Source of the DNA: a virus
Lineage: Duplodnaviria; Caudoviricetes
DNA: 64,000 nucleotides
Direction: 5' to 3' (one strand)
IMG/VR virus record: IMGVR_UViG_3300033068_001920
Span: 14,929 to 78,928 of that record
Below the pieces are notes generated by a model that was given only the letters and a program-made list of their open reading frames with translations, was not told the origin of the DNA and ran no database searches. Shown in pieces: positions 38,212 through 48,190 of this stretch (position 1 is the stretch's first letter; each line of letters starts with the position of its first letter). The position numbers and the translations under genes are program-made.

Positions 38212-38991
38212 TCAATCAGCGACTCCTGCAGCTGGGCCGAATACTTCCATCGTGTCTTCGCGGATGGCCATGGAAAAATGAAATCGGGCCGGGGGATTGC
38301 CGGCCACCTCCTTGGCCGGCAGGAACCCGAGACCATCTTCGCAGATCGTGAGGTGGAAGATGTGGTCGGTTTCGGGGCCGTGCATGTAGTACGCGGCGAC
38401 CAGCGCCATGAAATGCGACTCCGGCAACGCCATAAGCGCGACCGCGCGCGCATGCACAGCGGCATCGATCTCCGCGTCGGTATGGTCGGCGCAGTCGAGG
38501 CACCCATCATCGAATCGGTAGACCTGCACCGCCAACGCGCCGGTGAGCCAGCCGCTACGGTCCGCGGGCAATTCCTCGGCTTGGATCAGTCGCTCGATCG
38601 CCTCAGCATGCCAGCCAAGCATCGGCTGCAGCATCCACTCGGCGCCAGCGATCTCGCCAATCTCCAGCGCCGCCGGCGGACCAGAAATTCCAGCCTCCAT
38701 GATGTAGTCGGAATAGTGCCCGGATTCGCCGATCTGGAAGTCGCCGCCGATCACGCCGGCCAGGTAGTGAGCGATCGCGAATGCGCGCTCCTGCACTGTC
38801 CACAGCCGGCAGTCGGTGATTTGTCCTTTGCGGACATCCTTCTGCTCGTCCAAGATGCGCTTCAGCAGTTCTGTCGCGCCGTACTCGCACTGATCGGCCG
38901 GCATCTGGCACAGCGCGATCGCGTCTCGCGCGGACAATTCGTGCATCTCGGCTTGGATGCGCGGTGTTCGGAGTGGCGGAAAGTTCGGCAT
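38212..38991 (-). CDS. P1 PmgC-like baseplate hub/tail chaperone
   Basis: FPPL...DA...LWTVQER.FA pattern; position in tail block. Confidence 0.6.
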   Translation of the reverse strand: MPNFPPLRTPRIQAEMHELSARDAIALCQMPADQCEYGATELLKRILDEQKDVRKGQITDCRLWTVQERAFAIAHYLAGVIGGDFQIGESGHYSDYIMEAGISGPPAALEIGEIAGAEWMLQPMLGWHAEAIERLIQAEELPADRSGWLTGALAVQVYRFDDGCLDCADHTDAEIDAAVHARAVALMALPESHFMALVAAYYMHGPETDHIFHLTICEDGLGFLPAKEVAGNPPARFHFSMAIREDTMEVFGPAAGVAD

Positions 38992-38995
38992 CGGC

Positions 38996-39805
38996 TCAGG
39001 TCAGGTTGGCGAAGGTGTCCCACTGGACGAATGTCATCTGGATCTCTTGGAGCCCGCTCTCGCGCCGCGACAATTCGAAGTCCAGCGCGCCGGGACGCAT
39101 CACGAAACTGTCGGTCCATCCTTGCGCGGCTCCGTCGATTTGCTCATCGATGTAGGCGTGAAGCACGTCAACGCGGAACAGGTATTCGATCGGCAGGCCG
39201 AAGGTGCCGTCCTGATGGCACATCGTATCGTGCCGCTCCGCAAACCATCGCTTCACGGTGCCGCTGGTGTCGTCGAGCGTCGTCACCCGCATCTCGCAAC
39301 GATCCGCATTGGTCACGTTGTCGAAGGATCCGGATCCGACCATCACCGCGTCGCCCTGCACCTGGAACGGAGCATAGCTGACATCCAGCGCGAACAGGTT
39401 GATGTCGAGTGGTTTGCCGCCCTTGATGTTGCGGACGCGGATGTTCCACAGGTTTTTCTTGGAAGGATCGACGGAATCGACATGCTCTTCGAAGCGCCGG
39501 CGCGCCTCGGCCATCGTAATCCCACCGATCAACTGAGACGGCTGGTATTCGACGCCTGTCGCAAGCGTGGTGCCGTTGATGCCGAAGCGCTCGAATAGCC
39601 CGTCCAGGCCGGCGCCGATCAGCCCGTCAACACCGCCGCTCAGCAGTTTCCGCGCGAGCGGGAGATGCTTGCGTGCGGACTGCGGAATCTTCGAACCCGC
39701 CTTATCCAGCGCGCGCTGAGTCACCGCGTTTGTCACGCGCTCGAAAATGCTGTCGCGGAAAGGGCGCGACGCGGTGACGTTGATCCTGTCGAATTCCCGC
39801 GGCAT
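38996..39805 (-). CDS. Tail tube-like/baseplate protein
   Basis: C-terminal beta-rich tube-like fold; position in tail block. Confidence 0.6.
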   Translation of the reverse strand: MPREFDRINVTASRPFRDSIFERVTNAVTQRALDKAGSKIPQSARKHLPLARKLLSGGVDGLIGAGLDGLFERFGINGTTLATGVEYQPSQLIGGITMAEARRRFEEHVDSVDPSKKNLWNIRVRNIKGGKPLDINLFALDVSYAPFQVQGDAVMVGSGSFDNVTNADRCEMRVTTLDDTSGTVKRWFAERHDTMCHQDGTFGLPIEYLFRVDVLHAYIDEQIDGAAQGWTDSFVMRPGALDFELSRRESGLQEIQMTFVQWDTFANLT

Positions 39806-40260
39806 CAGATCGTCTCCGCCGGCTCCATGAACGCCAACTTCGGCAGGTCCATCTCGCGTTGCGTGATGTCCTGCGCGATCTCGGAAACCGTTCGACCGAA
39901 GACATCGACGCCGAGCCCGCGCGAGGCCTCCAGCATCATCGCGTTCTCGTGCTCGACGTAGAGTTCGAACAGAGGCTGGATGATTGCGTATTCGCTTGGC
40001 GTCAGGTCGAAGTTCTGCGCGCCAGCGATCTCATTGCTCGCGTCGATCGGGTCGTGAATCTCCCCATCGGGGAGCGTGCCGGCCTTGAGTTTCTGGTACC
40101 CGCAATAGAACCGAACCGCCCTCTTGAGGCAGCGCGCCACGAACTCCGTTGCCAGCATGAAATTGGCAGGCGGATTCTCGATGTACCCTTCGACGATATC
40201 GGCAAGCAGCATGCGGAGGAACGATCCCGTTCGTGTTGCGGCAATGGTGGAGTAGATCAT
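39805..40260 (-). CDS. P1 PmgG-like morphogenesis protein (start may be ATG 40212)
   Basis: LTPSEYAII.PLFELY.E.ENA...EASR.LG. Confidence 0.6.
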   Translation of the reverse strand: MIYSTIAATRTGSFLRMLLADIVEGYIENPPANFMLATEFVARCLKRAVRFYCGYQKLKAGTLPDGEIHDPIDASNEIAGAQNFDLTPSEYAIIQPLFELYVEHENAMMLEASRGLGVDVFGRTVSEIAQDITQREMDLPKLAFMEPAETI

Positions 40261-40287
40261 CGGGTTTGGCGTAAGCCAATTTCCGAT
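40244..40287 (-). promoter_or_regulatory. Candidate late promoter ATCGGAAA-N30-CACCAT
   Basis: Shared architecture. Confidence 0.5.
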
Positions 40288-40341
40288 GCGGCTTGAATTT
40301 CACTATTAGCTATTGCTACTGTATCCGCCCGCTTAGCTGGA

Positions 40342-40962
40342 ATGCAATTGATGCCTGAGGAATGGCGCCCTGTCGTAGGGTTTGAAGGCCTATATGAGGT
40401 CAGTGACCTCGGCAGGGTCAGGAGTCTGCCGCGCGTTGCGTATCGCGCTAACGGCACGGTGCTCAATTTCAAAGGGGCTCTGAAGAAATCGAATCTGATG
40501 TCTGCCGGATACCATCATGTGACGATAACGCGTGACGGGGTCTCATCTCAGCGCCTTGTTCACGTACTTGTCGCAGAGGCATTCTTGCCGAATCCGGACG
40601 GGCTTCCAGAGGTGAATCACCTCAACCTTGACCAGTTAGCCAACGTGCCGTCGAACTTGGAATGGTCGTCCCATCAAAGAAACATTGCTCATGCACGCGA
40701 TCATGGTCGGCTTCACGGCTTCACCAACAAACGCCGACGTTGCAAATTGCAACCAGATCAGGTTCGGACGATCCGCGCAAGGGCCTTGCGCGGTGAAAAA
40801 CATGAAACCATAGCCGCCGACTACTCGGTCTCTCGCCGAATGATCTCAATGATCGCGAATGGCGATCGCTGGAATGAGAGTTTCGACGGGAGACCTGATG
40901 TAACGAAACCGGAGCCGGTCCAGCCGGCTTCGGATGGGATCACTGATTCCCGAAGTACATAA
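40342..40962 (+). CDS. NUMOD4-HNH homing endonuclease
   Basis: EEWRPVVGFEGLYEVSDLGRVRS; VHVLVAEAF...EVNH...N...NLEW; C-terminal HTH. Confidence 0.92.
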   Translation: MQLMPEEWRPVVGFEGLYEVSDLGRVRSLPRVAYRANGTVLNFKGALKKSNLMSAGYHHVTITRDGVSSQRLVHVLVAEAFLPNPDGLPEVNHLNLDQLANVPSNLEWSSHQRNIAHARDHGRLHGFTNKRRRCKLQPDQVRTIRARALRGEKHETIAADYSVSRRMISMIANGDRWNESFDGRPDVTKPEPVQPASDGITDSRST

Positions 40963-41425
40963 AAAACAGCGTGCCGGTGATCTGCAGGATCTGCCCGCGC
41001 GATTCCCAGTCACGGTCCGGATTGTCCAGTTGGATGAAGCAGTCCCGGATCTTGCATACCCTGGTGTAGTCGTCGGGCGTGCCTTCGTACACCTTCGCGT
41101 TGAAGCGCGCGCCGGCGTTGAAGATCAGGTTTTCCATCAGGGTCTGGACGTGGCCAGCCTGGGTTTCGAGCAGCGTGATCTGACCCTGCTGGTTGACCTT
41201 CAGTTGCTGCGGCTGCCAGCGCGCCGCGCCGTACGGCATCGGCACTTCGATTTCGCCGGCCGGCGACAACTCGGGCCAAGGGAACTGCTTGATCAGCAGG
41301 CCCAACTGTTCGTGACCTTCGATCTCGAAGAAGGCGTCCGACGAGACCACCTTGTCGCCGAGCGCCGAGGTCGAGGCGTAGAGGCTTCTGAGGTAGGCGC
41401 CAGTCTTCACGTTGGTGGTGGCCAT
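40940..41425 (-). CDS. Tail tube protein (P1 BplB/Tub-like)
   Basis: Size, position and SSDAFFEIEGHE..LL...PE pattern. Confidence 0.65.
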   Translation of the reverse strand: MATTNVKTGAYLRSLYASTSALGDKVVSSDAFFEIEGHEQLGLLIKQFPWPELSPAGEIEVPMPYGAARWQPQQLKVNQQGQITLLETQAGHVQTLMENLIFNAGARFNAKVYEGTPDDYTRVCKIRDCFIQLDNPDRDWESRGQILQITGTLFFMYFGNQ

Positions 41426-41428
41426 CTG

Positions 41429-42478
41429 TCAACTCCTGCTGAAAATTTTGGGTACGTCGTTGGTGTCCAGCGCGGTGAGCGTGGCCAAGGTGAGGGCGAC
41501 GCTTCGGTAGATGGGCCTGCCTTCGCGGTCCATCGGGCCGTCCAGCTGATTCCCCACCGATTCGATCACCATCGGCATGTAGCGGTTGTTGCCGTACTTG
41601 AAGCCAACCATCTGCGGCGCCAACGAAGGGAACATTGCCCGAATAATTCCCTCATCGCTGGTGAGACCTTCCGAAACGATGCCGTTCTCGGCGAGCTTCT
41701 GCGGCCAGGCCCACATCAGCAATTTCTGGTACAAGGCCATGACCTCCGCTTCGGCATCATTCACCGCGCGCAGGTGCAACTGGAACGTGATGCGGATCGG
41801 CGGCATGCCGGAAAAGACCTGCCTGGAGTTCAACTTCGTGATGCCGGTTCGGCCTTCCAGGGACTTGGCCCAGCGTTCCGTTTTGCTGGCGAGATCCTTG
41901 GCGAAGTCGCCTACGACGCCATCGGGCAGCACCGCTTGAAGCGAGTTTGCAACGGTCGCGATCTGGCCGGTCTGCAGCAAAGCCATGACGGTAGGCGCTT
42001 TGCTCTCCGGGCCTGAGTTTTCGAACGGCGACTGCCAGTTGAGCGTGGATTCGAACTGCACCTCGGTCGCCGGCGCCAGGATCGCGCTCGATTCTCCGCG
42101 CTCGCCCATGATCTCGGCGCCTTTCGAATCGCAGGGGAAGATGCGCGCGAACAGGTGCTCGGACAGATGCCCCCATTGCGGCAGCGTCGAACTGTTGAGC
42201 GGCGGATCGCGCCGGCTCTGCGCGGTGCCCTCCAGCGAACCGGTCTCGCCGGCGCCGCCGCGCGCGATGCCGAGAAGTTCCTTGCCCGATGTGAGCAGGC
42301 CGCCGGTGCGTAGATCCACGACACGGCCGACCTGTCCAAGCGCCGACCCAGAGCGCAGCGCGCCTGCCTCGCGCGCGGCGACGCCCTTGATCTGCTGCCC
42401 CAAGTTCCCGGACGCAGTAGAAACGGCCCCACGAATGAGGCCGTCTCCTTTTCCCCCGATTTTCGGGATGATCGGCAT
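41429..42478 (-). CDS. Baseplate/tail tube initiation-type protein
   Basis: In tail block; VFSGMPP..I...L; MPMVIESV...LDGP. Confidence 0.6.
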   Translation of the reverse strand: MPIIPKIGGKGDGLIRGAVSTASGNLGQQIKGVAAREAGALRSGSALGQVGRVVDLRTGGLLTSGKELLGIARGGAGETGSLEGTAQSRRDPPLNSSTLPQWGHLSEHLFARIFPCDSKGAEIMGERGESSAILAPATEVQFESTLNWQSPFENSGPESKAPTVMALLQTGQIATVANSLQAVLPDGVVGDFAKDLASKTERWAKSLEGRTGITKLNSRQVFSGMPPIRITFQLHLRAVNDAEAEVMALYQKLLMWAWPQKLAENGIVSEGLTSDEGIIRAMFPSLAPQMVGFKYGNNRYMPMVIESVGNQLDGPMDREGRPIYRSVALTLATLTALDTNDVPKIFSRS

Positions 42479-42487
42479 CGCCTGCGC

Positions 42488-43444
42488 TTACAGGCCCGCG
42501 CGCTTGCGGATCTTCACCGACTTGGCGCGGCGCATCTGCGCGACCGCCGAGTGCGACTTCCGGAGCATCTTCTTGACTGCCATCTTCTGCTTCGCGTTCA
42601 GGCGCACCGTGCCGGACACCCGCTTGTTGATGCGGACCTTCTTGCCGCGGCGCACGACGATCTTCTTTTTGTACGTCGCGTCGAAGACCTTCGCCTCGGC
42701 ACCGGCCTTCTCGGCGAACTCGAGGATCTTGGCGTCGGTCATCTTCATCCAGTCCGGCACTTTGGTCATCGAGGCGAAGGTGGTCGAATCCAGAACGACG
42801 CCGTTGAAGTTGATGCCGACATCGCCCGATGCATCCACGACGCGGTGGGCGCCAGCGGAATCCATCGCGGCTTCATCGCTGCCGTCGCCGAACACGAACT
42901 CGTCGATCTCTTCCGCGGCGGCGGCGTCGCCGTCGGGAAGTGCGGAAAGCGCGAGTTCCTGGATCGATTCGGCCAAGTCGTTGTCGAATTCTTCCAGCAG
43001 CGAGACCACATCGGATTCCGGGGCGCCCTTCGCGATGAGGTAGTCCGCGGCGACGTTGGCGGCCTGATTCATGATGTCGGCTTCGGCATCGCTGACCTCG
43101 CCATCCATGTCCGCATCGGCGATGCCGGCGAGCAGGCTGAACAGGCGATCGCCGATGCCTTCACCATCGTCGAGATCAGCCGCCGTGGTTTCGGCCCACT
43201 CCTGAACCGCGGCGACCGCCTTGAGCGCGATGTCGCTGTCCTGGTAGGCGCCGGCCTCATCGAGAACGGGCGCAGCTGCGGCGTCCAGCACCGCCTTGGC
43301 AGCGGCATCAGCAGCGGCATCAGCAGCGGCTTTCGCCTCGGCGTCCGCCTTGTTTTTTGCGTCATCGAGAACCGCGGCAGCGGCCTTCGGCTTCGCGGCC
43401 GTGATGTCCTTGATGGCTTCATAAGCCGGGTGTCTGCGCAACAT
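42488..43444 (-). CDS. P1 gp21-like structural protein
   Basis: Immediately after sheath; acidic middle and very basic C-terminus (VRRGKKVRINKR...RRAKS.KIRKRAGL). Confidence 0.65.
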   Translation of the reverse strand: MLRRHPAYEAIKDITAAKPKAAAAVLDDAKNKADAEAKAAADAAADAAAKAVLDAAAAPVLDEAGAYQDSDIALKAVAAVQEWAETTAADLDDGEGIGDRLFSLLAGIADADMDGEVSDAEADIMNQAANVAADYLIAKGAPESDVVSLLEEFDNDLAESIQELALSALPDGDAAAAEEIDEFVFGDGSDEAAMDSAGAHRVVDASGDVGINFNGVVLDSTTFASMTKVPDWMKMTDAKILEFAEKAGAEAKVFDATYKKKIVVRRGKKVRINKRVSGTVRLNAKQKMAVKKMLRKSHSAVAQMRRAKSVKIRKRAGL

Positions 43445-43454
43445 GGGTGACTCC

Positions 43455-45083
43455 TTATTTCGAGATGGTTTGCTGGACGTGGATCGCGCGGGTCGTGCCG
43501 TCGTAGCTCAGCCAGTAGTCCACGTCAACACGGTCTTTCGGACGCTGGGCGTTGGGGCGAACCGTCGCCACGAACGATCTGTTTTCCAGCGCTGCGGACG
43601 GCACCAGCCATTTCGCAGCTTCCAGCCCTTCGAACAGCAGCTGGAGGAAGTCGGTGGTGCGCTTGATCGTGTCCGAGATCGGCAACTGCAGGTATTCCTT
43701 GACCGCCGATGTCACCCAGTCATCGACTTGGCTGGACATCTCCGCGACCGCGATCAACTTGCGGTCGGCCGTGGTCTTCGCGGCCGTCAGCGAGTCGTAG
43801 AACACGAACGCGCTGCCGGAGTTGTAGGCTTGGAAGATGACCGGGTTGATGCGGGCCTTGGCCAGCTTTTCCAGATCTTCGTCGGTCGGCGTGGTGATCT
43901 GCACGATAGCAGTGCGGACCAGCGGCCAGTTCTTGGCGGCGATCGGATAGTTCCTGGGCGGGACGCCATTCGAGTCCGTCTGCGCGTTCCTGCGGCAGCG
44001 GAGACCGATTTGCACGCCGCTCGTACCGAACACCAGTTTGCCGCCGTTGAGCGGATCCACGGCGCGCAGCGGCGCCCAGTACCACTGGACGTAGTGCGAG
44101 TCGAAGTTGAACTGGTTCGCGAAGGTGATTGCGGCATCGACCGACAGCGAGCCCGAGATATCGAAGATCACCTGCTTGTTGATCTCGATCGCCATCGGCG
44201 CCAACTTGGCGATCAGGGTCGTCGAGAGCGTGCCGAGACCGGCGATGTAGCCGAACGGGAACATCGTGTTCCGCAGCGCGAGCACGGCGCGATCGACATC
44301 GGTGGGGGCATAGGTCGTGCCGCCCTCGGTGAAGTAGACCAGGTCGCCGGCAGCGGTCTTCGCATTGCCGTCCACGTCGTCGCCGTAGTAGACCGAATCG
44401 GTCGGCACTTCGGCGCTTGCAGCCACGATGACTTCCAAGTCATCTTCCTGTTGCGACACGACGTTCGGCAGATACGTGGATTCGCCGGAATCGTTGACGG
44501 CGAGCGGGTCGAGCGAACCTTCGAAGTCGAACAGCAGGTTGCCGGTCAGGTCAAGGATACGCAGGCGCACCCACTTGCTGGCGACCGGGGTGTCATCTCC
44601 GTCCACCGCAGCATCTGCGTGGATCTCGGCGCGAACCCCTTCGTTGAAGCATTCGAGGTGGCGAACTGCCAAGAGGAAACCGGTCGTCGGTGCGTCGGTG
44701 GTGGCAGAGACCGTCCAGACCGGCTCCGGGGAACCTCCAGTGATTTCGTCGTCCTTGGCCACCATCCACTTCAGGCTGGCCGCGGCGGGCACGAGCCTGG
44801 AGATGACCGCGCGCTGGGCGCCGTTCTGGAAGGCCTCGTACACATGAAGCATGGCTTCGTTGAGCGCGCTGACGCTCGGGGATACGGGCGCGCCGAGCAG
44901 GCGGAACATCTCACCCCGGCTGACCGAGAATGCCTTGTCGATGCGTCCGCGCGTGAAGCGAGCGACGCCGGCGAACACCTGCCCGCTGTCCCCGCCGACG
45001 AATCGCTCGCTGTCGTCCTTGATGTAGTTCAGCTGGACGCCGGAACGGACGCCGAGACTGCGGGTAAACGGGATGGCGCTCAT
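43455..45083 (-). CDS. Tail sheath protein (P1 gp22-like)
   Basis: RFTRGRIDK; LAKARINPV; C-terminal sheath fold. Confidence 0.82.
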   Translation of the reverse strand: MSAIPFTRSLGVRSGVQLNYIKDDSERFVGGDSGQVFAGVARFTRGRIDKAFSVSRGEMFRLLGAPVSPSVSALNEAMLHVYEAFQNGAQRAVISRLVPAAASLKWMVAKDDEITGGSPEPVWTVSATTDAPTTGFLLAVRHLECFNEGVRAEIHADAAVDGDDTPVASKWVRLRILDLTGNLLFDFEGSLDPLAVNDSGESTYLPNVVSQQEDDLEVIVAASAEVPTDSVYYGDDVDGNAKTAAGDLVYFTEGGTTYAPTDVDRAVLALRNTMFPFGYIAGLGTLSTTLIAKLAPMAIEINKQVIFDISGSLSVDAAITFANQFNFDSHYVQWYWAPLRAVDPLNGGKLVFGTSGVQIGLRCRRNAQTDSNGVPPRNYPIAAKNWPLVRTAIVQITTPTDEDLEKLAKARINPVIFQAYNSGSAFVFYDSLTAAKTTADRKLIAVAEMSSQVDDWVTSAVKEYLQLPISDTIKRTTDFLQLLFEGLEAAKWLVPSAALENRSFVATVRPNAQRPKDRVDVDYWLSYDGTTRAIHVQQTISK

Positions 45084-45655
45084 GCTTCAGTCGTCTCGGC
45101 AGGGCTCACGGTGAATGCGTTTTCACGGAAGCCGTTGAGGGAGAACAGGGCGGTCAGGTCGCTGTGCAGCGTCTTGAAGTCGCCCTCGCTGTAGATGGTG
45201 ATCGTCGCCTCGCCAGAAGCCGGAAGGTCGAGATTCAGCGCGGGCACCTGAACCGGCATGCGTGTGTTGTTTCTGACTCGCGCGCGCAGCGGAAATCCGG
45301 TCACCGGGCCCGCAGTCGGCGCATCCTTGGCCGCGGTGTCCGCGACCGTGTCGATACCGTCATCTGCGCCGGCCGCCGGGGTGGCTTCGCCCACCAGTGC
45401 CGTATTGGCCGCAGCCGGCGCCGCCGCGTCTGCGGCGACCTGCGTCGCTTCGGATACTGCCTCGGTGTTGATGGTTTCCAGGCCCGCGTCGTTCGATGCG
45501 GCTGCGGTGCCGTCGGCCGTACCGGAGTCGCCCGTTTTGGTATTTTCGGCGCTGGTGGTCTGCGCGCTTGCAGCGTCGGCGGCGGCAGCAGTAGCGGCAG
45601 CAGCGTCGGCGGCAGCCGCCTTCGCGAGCCTCTGCGCTTTCGTGAGGTTGGCCAT
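45080..45655 (-). CDS. Ala-rich virion-associated hypothetical protein
   Basis: ATG with AGGAG RBS, between capsid and sheath. Confidence 0.65.
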   Translation of the reverse strand: MANLTKAQRLAKAAAADAAAATAAAADAASAQTTSAENTKTGDSGTADGTAAASNDAGLETINTEAVSEATQVAADAAAPAAANTALVGEATPAAGADDGIDTVADTAAKDAPTAGPVTGFPLRARVRNNTRMPVQVPALNLDLPASGEATITIYSEGDFKTLHSDLTALFSLNGFRENAFTVSPAETTEA

Positions 45656-45696
45656 GAACTGGACTCCTGAATTTGGTGGGTGTGAACCCTTGCCGA

Positions 45697-45750
45697 AAGG
45701 CACGCCCCGGAGGGCGTGCCGACGGATTTGAACACCCCCGAGGGGTGGCC
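45697..45750 (-). terminator. Two GC-rich hairpins after the capsid gene (weak terminator or RNA stabiliser)
   Basis: GGCACGCCC-loop-GGGCGTGCC followed by TTT on minus strand; second CACCCC/GGGGTG stem. Confidence 0.5.
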
Positions 45751-45753
45751 GTA

Positions 45754-47409
45754 TTACAAGCCGAAGTTGGTGATGTTGATCACCGCGGCACCCTTGGCCG
45801 AAGGCACGTGCGGGTTCACGCTGGTGAAGTTGCGGGCGTAGAACGCGGTCCGCGACTTCAGATCGGTACCCATCGCCACCGGCAGGTTGGTCGGCGCGAC
45901 CGCGTCGCCCATGACGATCGGGCAGCGTGCGACCTGATTCGAACGGCCGATGCAGAGCATCTGCGCGGTGCCCGAACCTTCTTCGACGATCTTCGGCGAG
46001 TAGTAGACCTCGTAGCGACCGAAGGCGCGGCCGACGCGGTAGATGCCAGGACGCACGGTGATGCCGGACGACACGAACAGTTCCGGCGGCAGGCTCTGGA
46101 ACTGGGCCGCCAGCTTCTTGCCCACGTACATGTGGGTGATGCCGTGGTCCATCGTATCTTCGGCCATCTGCTGATCGGCGACGCCGATGACGGCCATGGC
46201 GTCCTGCCATACCTGCGCGCGCGTTTTCTGCTCCTTCTGACCGGCCCAGTCGAAGTCGTACGTCCGCGCGTTGTTGAGGGCCAGGTTCTTGAGCTTCTGC
46301 AGCGCCATGTAGTGGCGTTCCATCGCGAACTGGTTGCGGACCGCCATCATGTTCTCGCCTTCCAGGCTCAGCCCCAGTTCGTTGGCGTACTGGGTCTTGC
46401 TGTCCACGGTCTGCGAGGCGTGGACACGCCACGGCACCGCGAAGAGCGAGAAGGTCTGGACCTGGGTCAGGATGCTCGGTGCCAGCTGCGGCGCGACTTC
46501 GTAATCGATGTAGCCTTCGGCGCTGACCACGGTGCCGACCGGCAGCGCGGGCGAGAATGCCAGCGAAACGGCGCCGGTCGCCACGGTCACGGTGCCGCTG
46601 ATCGCGTAGTCGGTGCCGGCGATGTTGATGCTGCCGGAGAGCGGGCTGTTGGCGACGGTGGCCGCGGTGTTCGGCAGTTCGTAGGCGCACGGGTAGCCAT
46701 TGACCAGAACGATCGTGCGGGCGCGCAGCAGCGGCGTATCCTCGGAACCGCCGACGACGCCGGTGATCTTGCCGGTCGCGGTCGCGCGATCGCCAGCCAG
46801 CGTCAGGGTGACGGTGCGCTCGGAACTGATGTAGGGCTTGCCGATGTTGACGCCGTCCAGGAGCTCGCCGACGATGTAGCCGCCGGCCAGCGAACCGGCC
46901 TGGTGGCTCACGATGCCGAGCTTGGCTTCGTTGGAACCGGTGTCGGTCGGCAGCAGGGTGCCGAACGGGATCATCTCGGCGATGGCGCTGGTCATCGCCA
47001 CGACGATACGGTTGGCTTGGGCGCTCAGCTGGTCGTGGTGATCGGTCGAGCCGACCGAGTCGAACAGGTGCCCATTGGCGTCGATTCGCTTCGACGCGGC
47101 GAGCGCCTGCTGGCACGCGGCCTGCAGCACGTCGCCGGTCGGCAGCGCGCCGTGTTCCTGCAGGAAGATATTGGAACCCATCAGCACCGAGTCCAGGACT
47201 TGGGCCTGGCGGTCTTCCGGAACCAGCGCGACGATCTCCTGCAATTCTTTCGGGAGATCGCCCTTTTCGATGAGCGACTTGCTGGTGCTCTTGATGGCAG
47301 CGGAGTCCAGCGCGGCGCTGTTACCGTCGCAGGCCGTCGCATGGGAATGGTCGATGAAGTTTTCGAGCTCGGCTGCCCGAGGGTCGATGTACTGTGCGCG
47401 AGTGGTCAT
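45754..47409 (-). CDS. Major capsid protein (P1 gp23-like)
   Basis: 551 aa; order capsid-sheath-gp21 as in P1. Confidence 0.8.
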   Translation of the reverse strand: MTTRAQYIDPRAAELENFIDHSHATACDGNSAALDSAAIKSTSKSLIEKGDLPKELQEIVALVPEDRQAQVLDSVLMGSNIFLQEHGALPTGDVLQAACQQALAASKRIDANGHLFDSVGSTDHHDQLSAQANRIVVAMTSAIAEMIPFGTLLPTDTGSNEAKLGIVSHQAGSLAGGYIVGELLDGVNIGKPYISSERTVTLTLAGDRATATGKITGVVGGSEDTPLLRARTIVLVNGYPCAYELPNTAATVANSPLSGSINIAGTDYAISGTVTVATGAVSLAFSPALPVGTVVSAEGYIDYEVAPQLAPSILTQVQTFSLFAVPWRVHASQTVDSKTQYANELGLSLEGENMMAVRNQFAMERHYMALQKLKNLALNNARTYDFDWAGQKEQKTRAQVWQDAMAVIGVADQQMAEDTMDHGITHMYVGKKLAAQFQSLPPELFVSSGITVRPGIYRVGRAFGRYEVYYSPKIVEEGSGTAQMLCIGRSNQVARCPIVMGDAVAPTNLPVAMGTDLKSRTAFYARNFTSVNPHVPSAKGAAVINITNFGL

Positions 47410-47471
47410 AGGAACTCTCTGTGGATATGGAGGAACGTCTATGCGCGACTAGCGCGGCTTTTGACCCGGCC

Positions 47472-47515
47472 AGATTAAAAGTCCTGAACCACGGCCTTCT
47501 GGCCCGGTTTCCGAT
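47472..47515 (-). promoter_or_regulatory. Candidate late promoter ATCGGAAA-N30-TAATCT
   Basis: Upstream of capsid; shared architecture. Confidence 0.6.
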
Positions 47516-47531
47516 CCATGGAGTCGCAAAC

Positions 47532-47552
47532 AAAAAGGGGCCGAAGCCCCTT
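47532..47552 (-). terminator. Intrinsic terminator
   Basis: AAGGGGC-TTCG-GCCCC followed by TTTTT on minus strand. Confidence 0.75.
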
Positions 47553-47576
47553 GATTGCTACCCTGATGTCGGCCAC

Positions 47577-47885
47577 TTAGAGCCCTTCCGCAGCCATCGA
47601 TTCCGCGGCTGTGGTCACGTCAAGCAAGGCATCTTCTGCGTCTTGAAGCACAAGCACCCCATACTCCTCGGACTGACAGAACCCGAGAAGGTCGGCCGGT
47701 TCCATGTTGTCCGGATCAACCTGCATCCCTCCATTGCCGGTCACCCGAGCGATATTCATGAACTCCCGGAAGTAGGCGACAGCCGAGGAATTTCCAGCAT
47801 AGGTGATTGGTTTTTCAGGATCTTCATCCCACTGAGCCACAAACTTTCCGGCCGGGGTCAGGACAGCATATTCGGTCTGGATCAT
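47577..47885 (-). CDS. Hypothetical protein
   Basis: ATGA overlap, followed by terminator. Confidence 0.6.
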   Translation of the reverse strand: MIQTEYAVLTPAGKFVAQWDEDPEKPITYAGNSSAVAYFREFMNIARVTGNGGMQVDPDNMEPADLLGFCQSEEYGVLVLQDAEDALLDVTTAAESMAAEGL

Positions 47886-48190
47886 GTGTTTGCCTTCATG
47901 AATTCAATGAGTCGTTTTCGCCTGTCGCCGAGTCCGGAATCGATGTAGTTGAAGTAGACGACATAAGGGGGTTGGGAGTCTTTTGCTGACAGCGCGATAA
48001 CCGCCTTGGCAGTGTCCATATCGTCCGGGTTGTAGGGCGGGGTGGGTGCTGCCGCCCGGCTCACGCCGTAGGATTCGTTGATCGACTTCTCGGCGCGCGC
48101 CGCCGCCGCCGCTGTGATTGCCGCCGCTTCCTGGTCGGTAGACCCCTTGGGGATCAGCGCACTGTCGCCGGCGGCGACGTTGCGGCCCTC
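47882..48190 (-). pseudogene. Out-of-frame C-terminal continuation of the DarA-like gene
   Basis: Coding-type codon pattern switches into this frame at ~48190 with no start codon. Confidence 0.55.

Noticed and set aside
45400-45620. GCGGCA/GCAGC repeats here and at 43290-43340
   Set aside because: They simply encode Ala-rich linkers.
43443-47478. Very long antisense or alternative ORFs over sheath and capsid (43443-45194 +, 45673-47478 +, 45080-47116 -)
   Set aside because: Typical shadow frames of high-GC3 genes with no motifs; only the last 192 codons of 45080-47116 look real.
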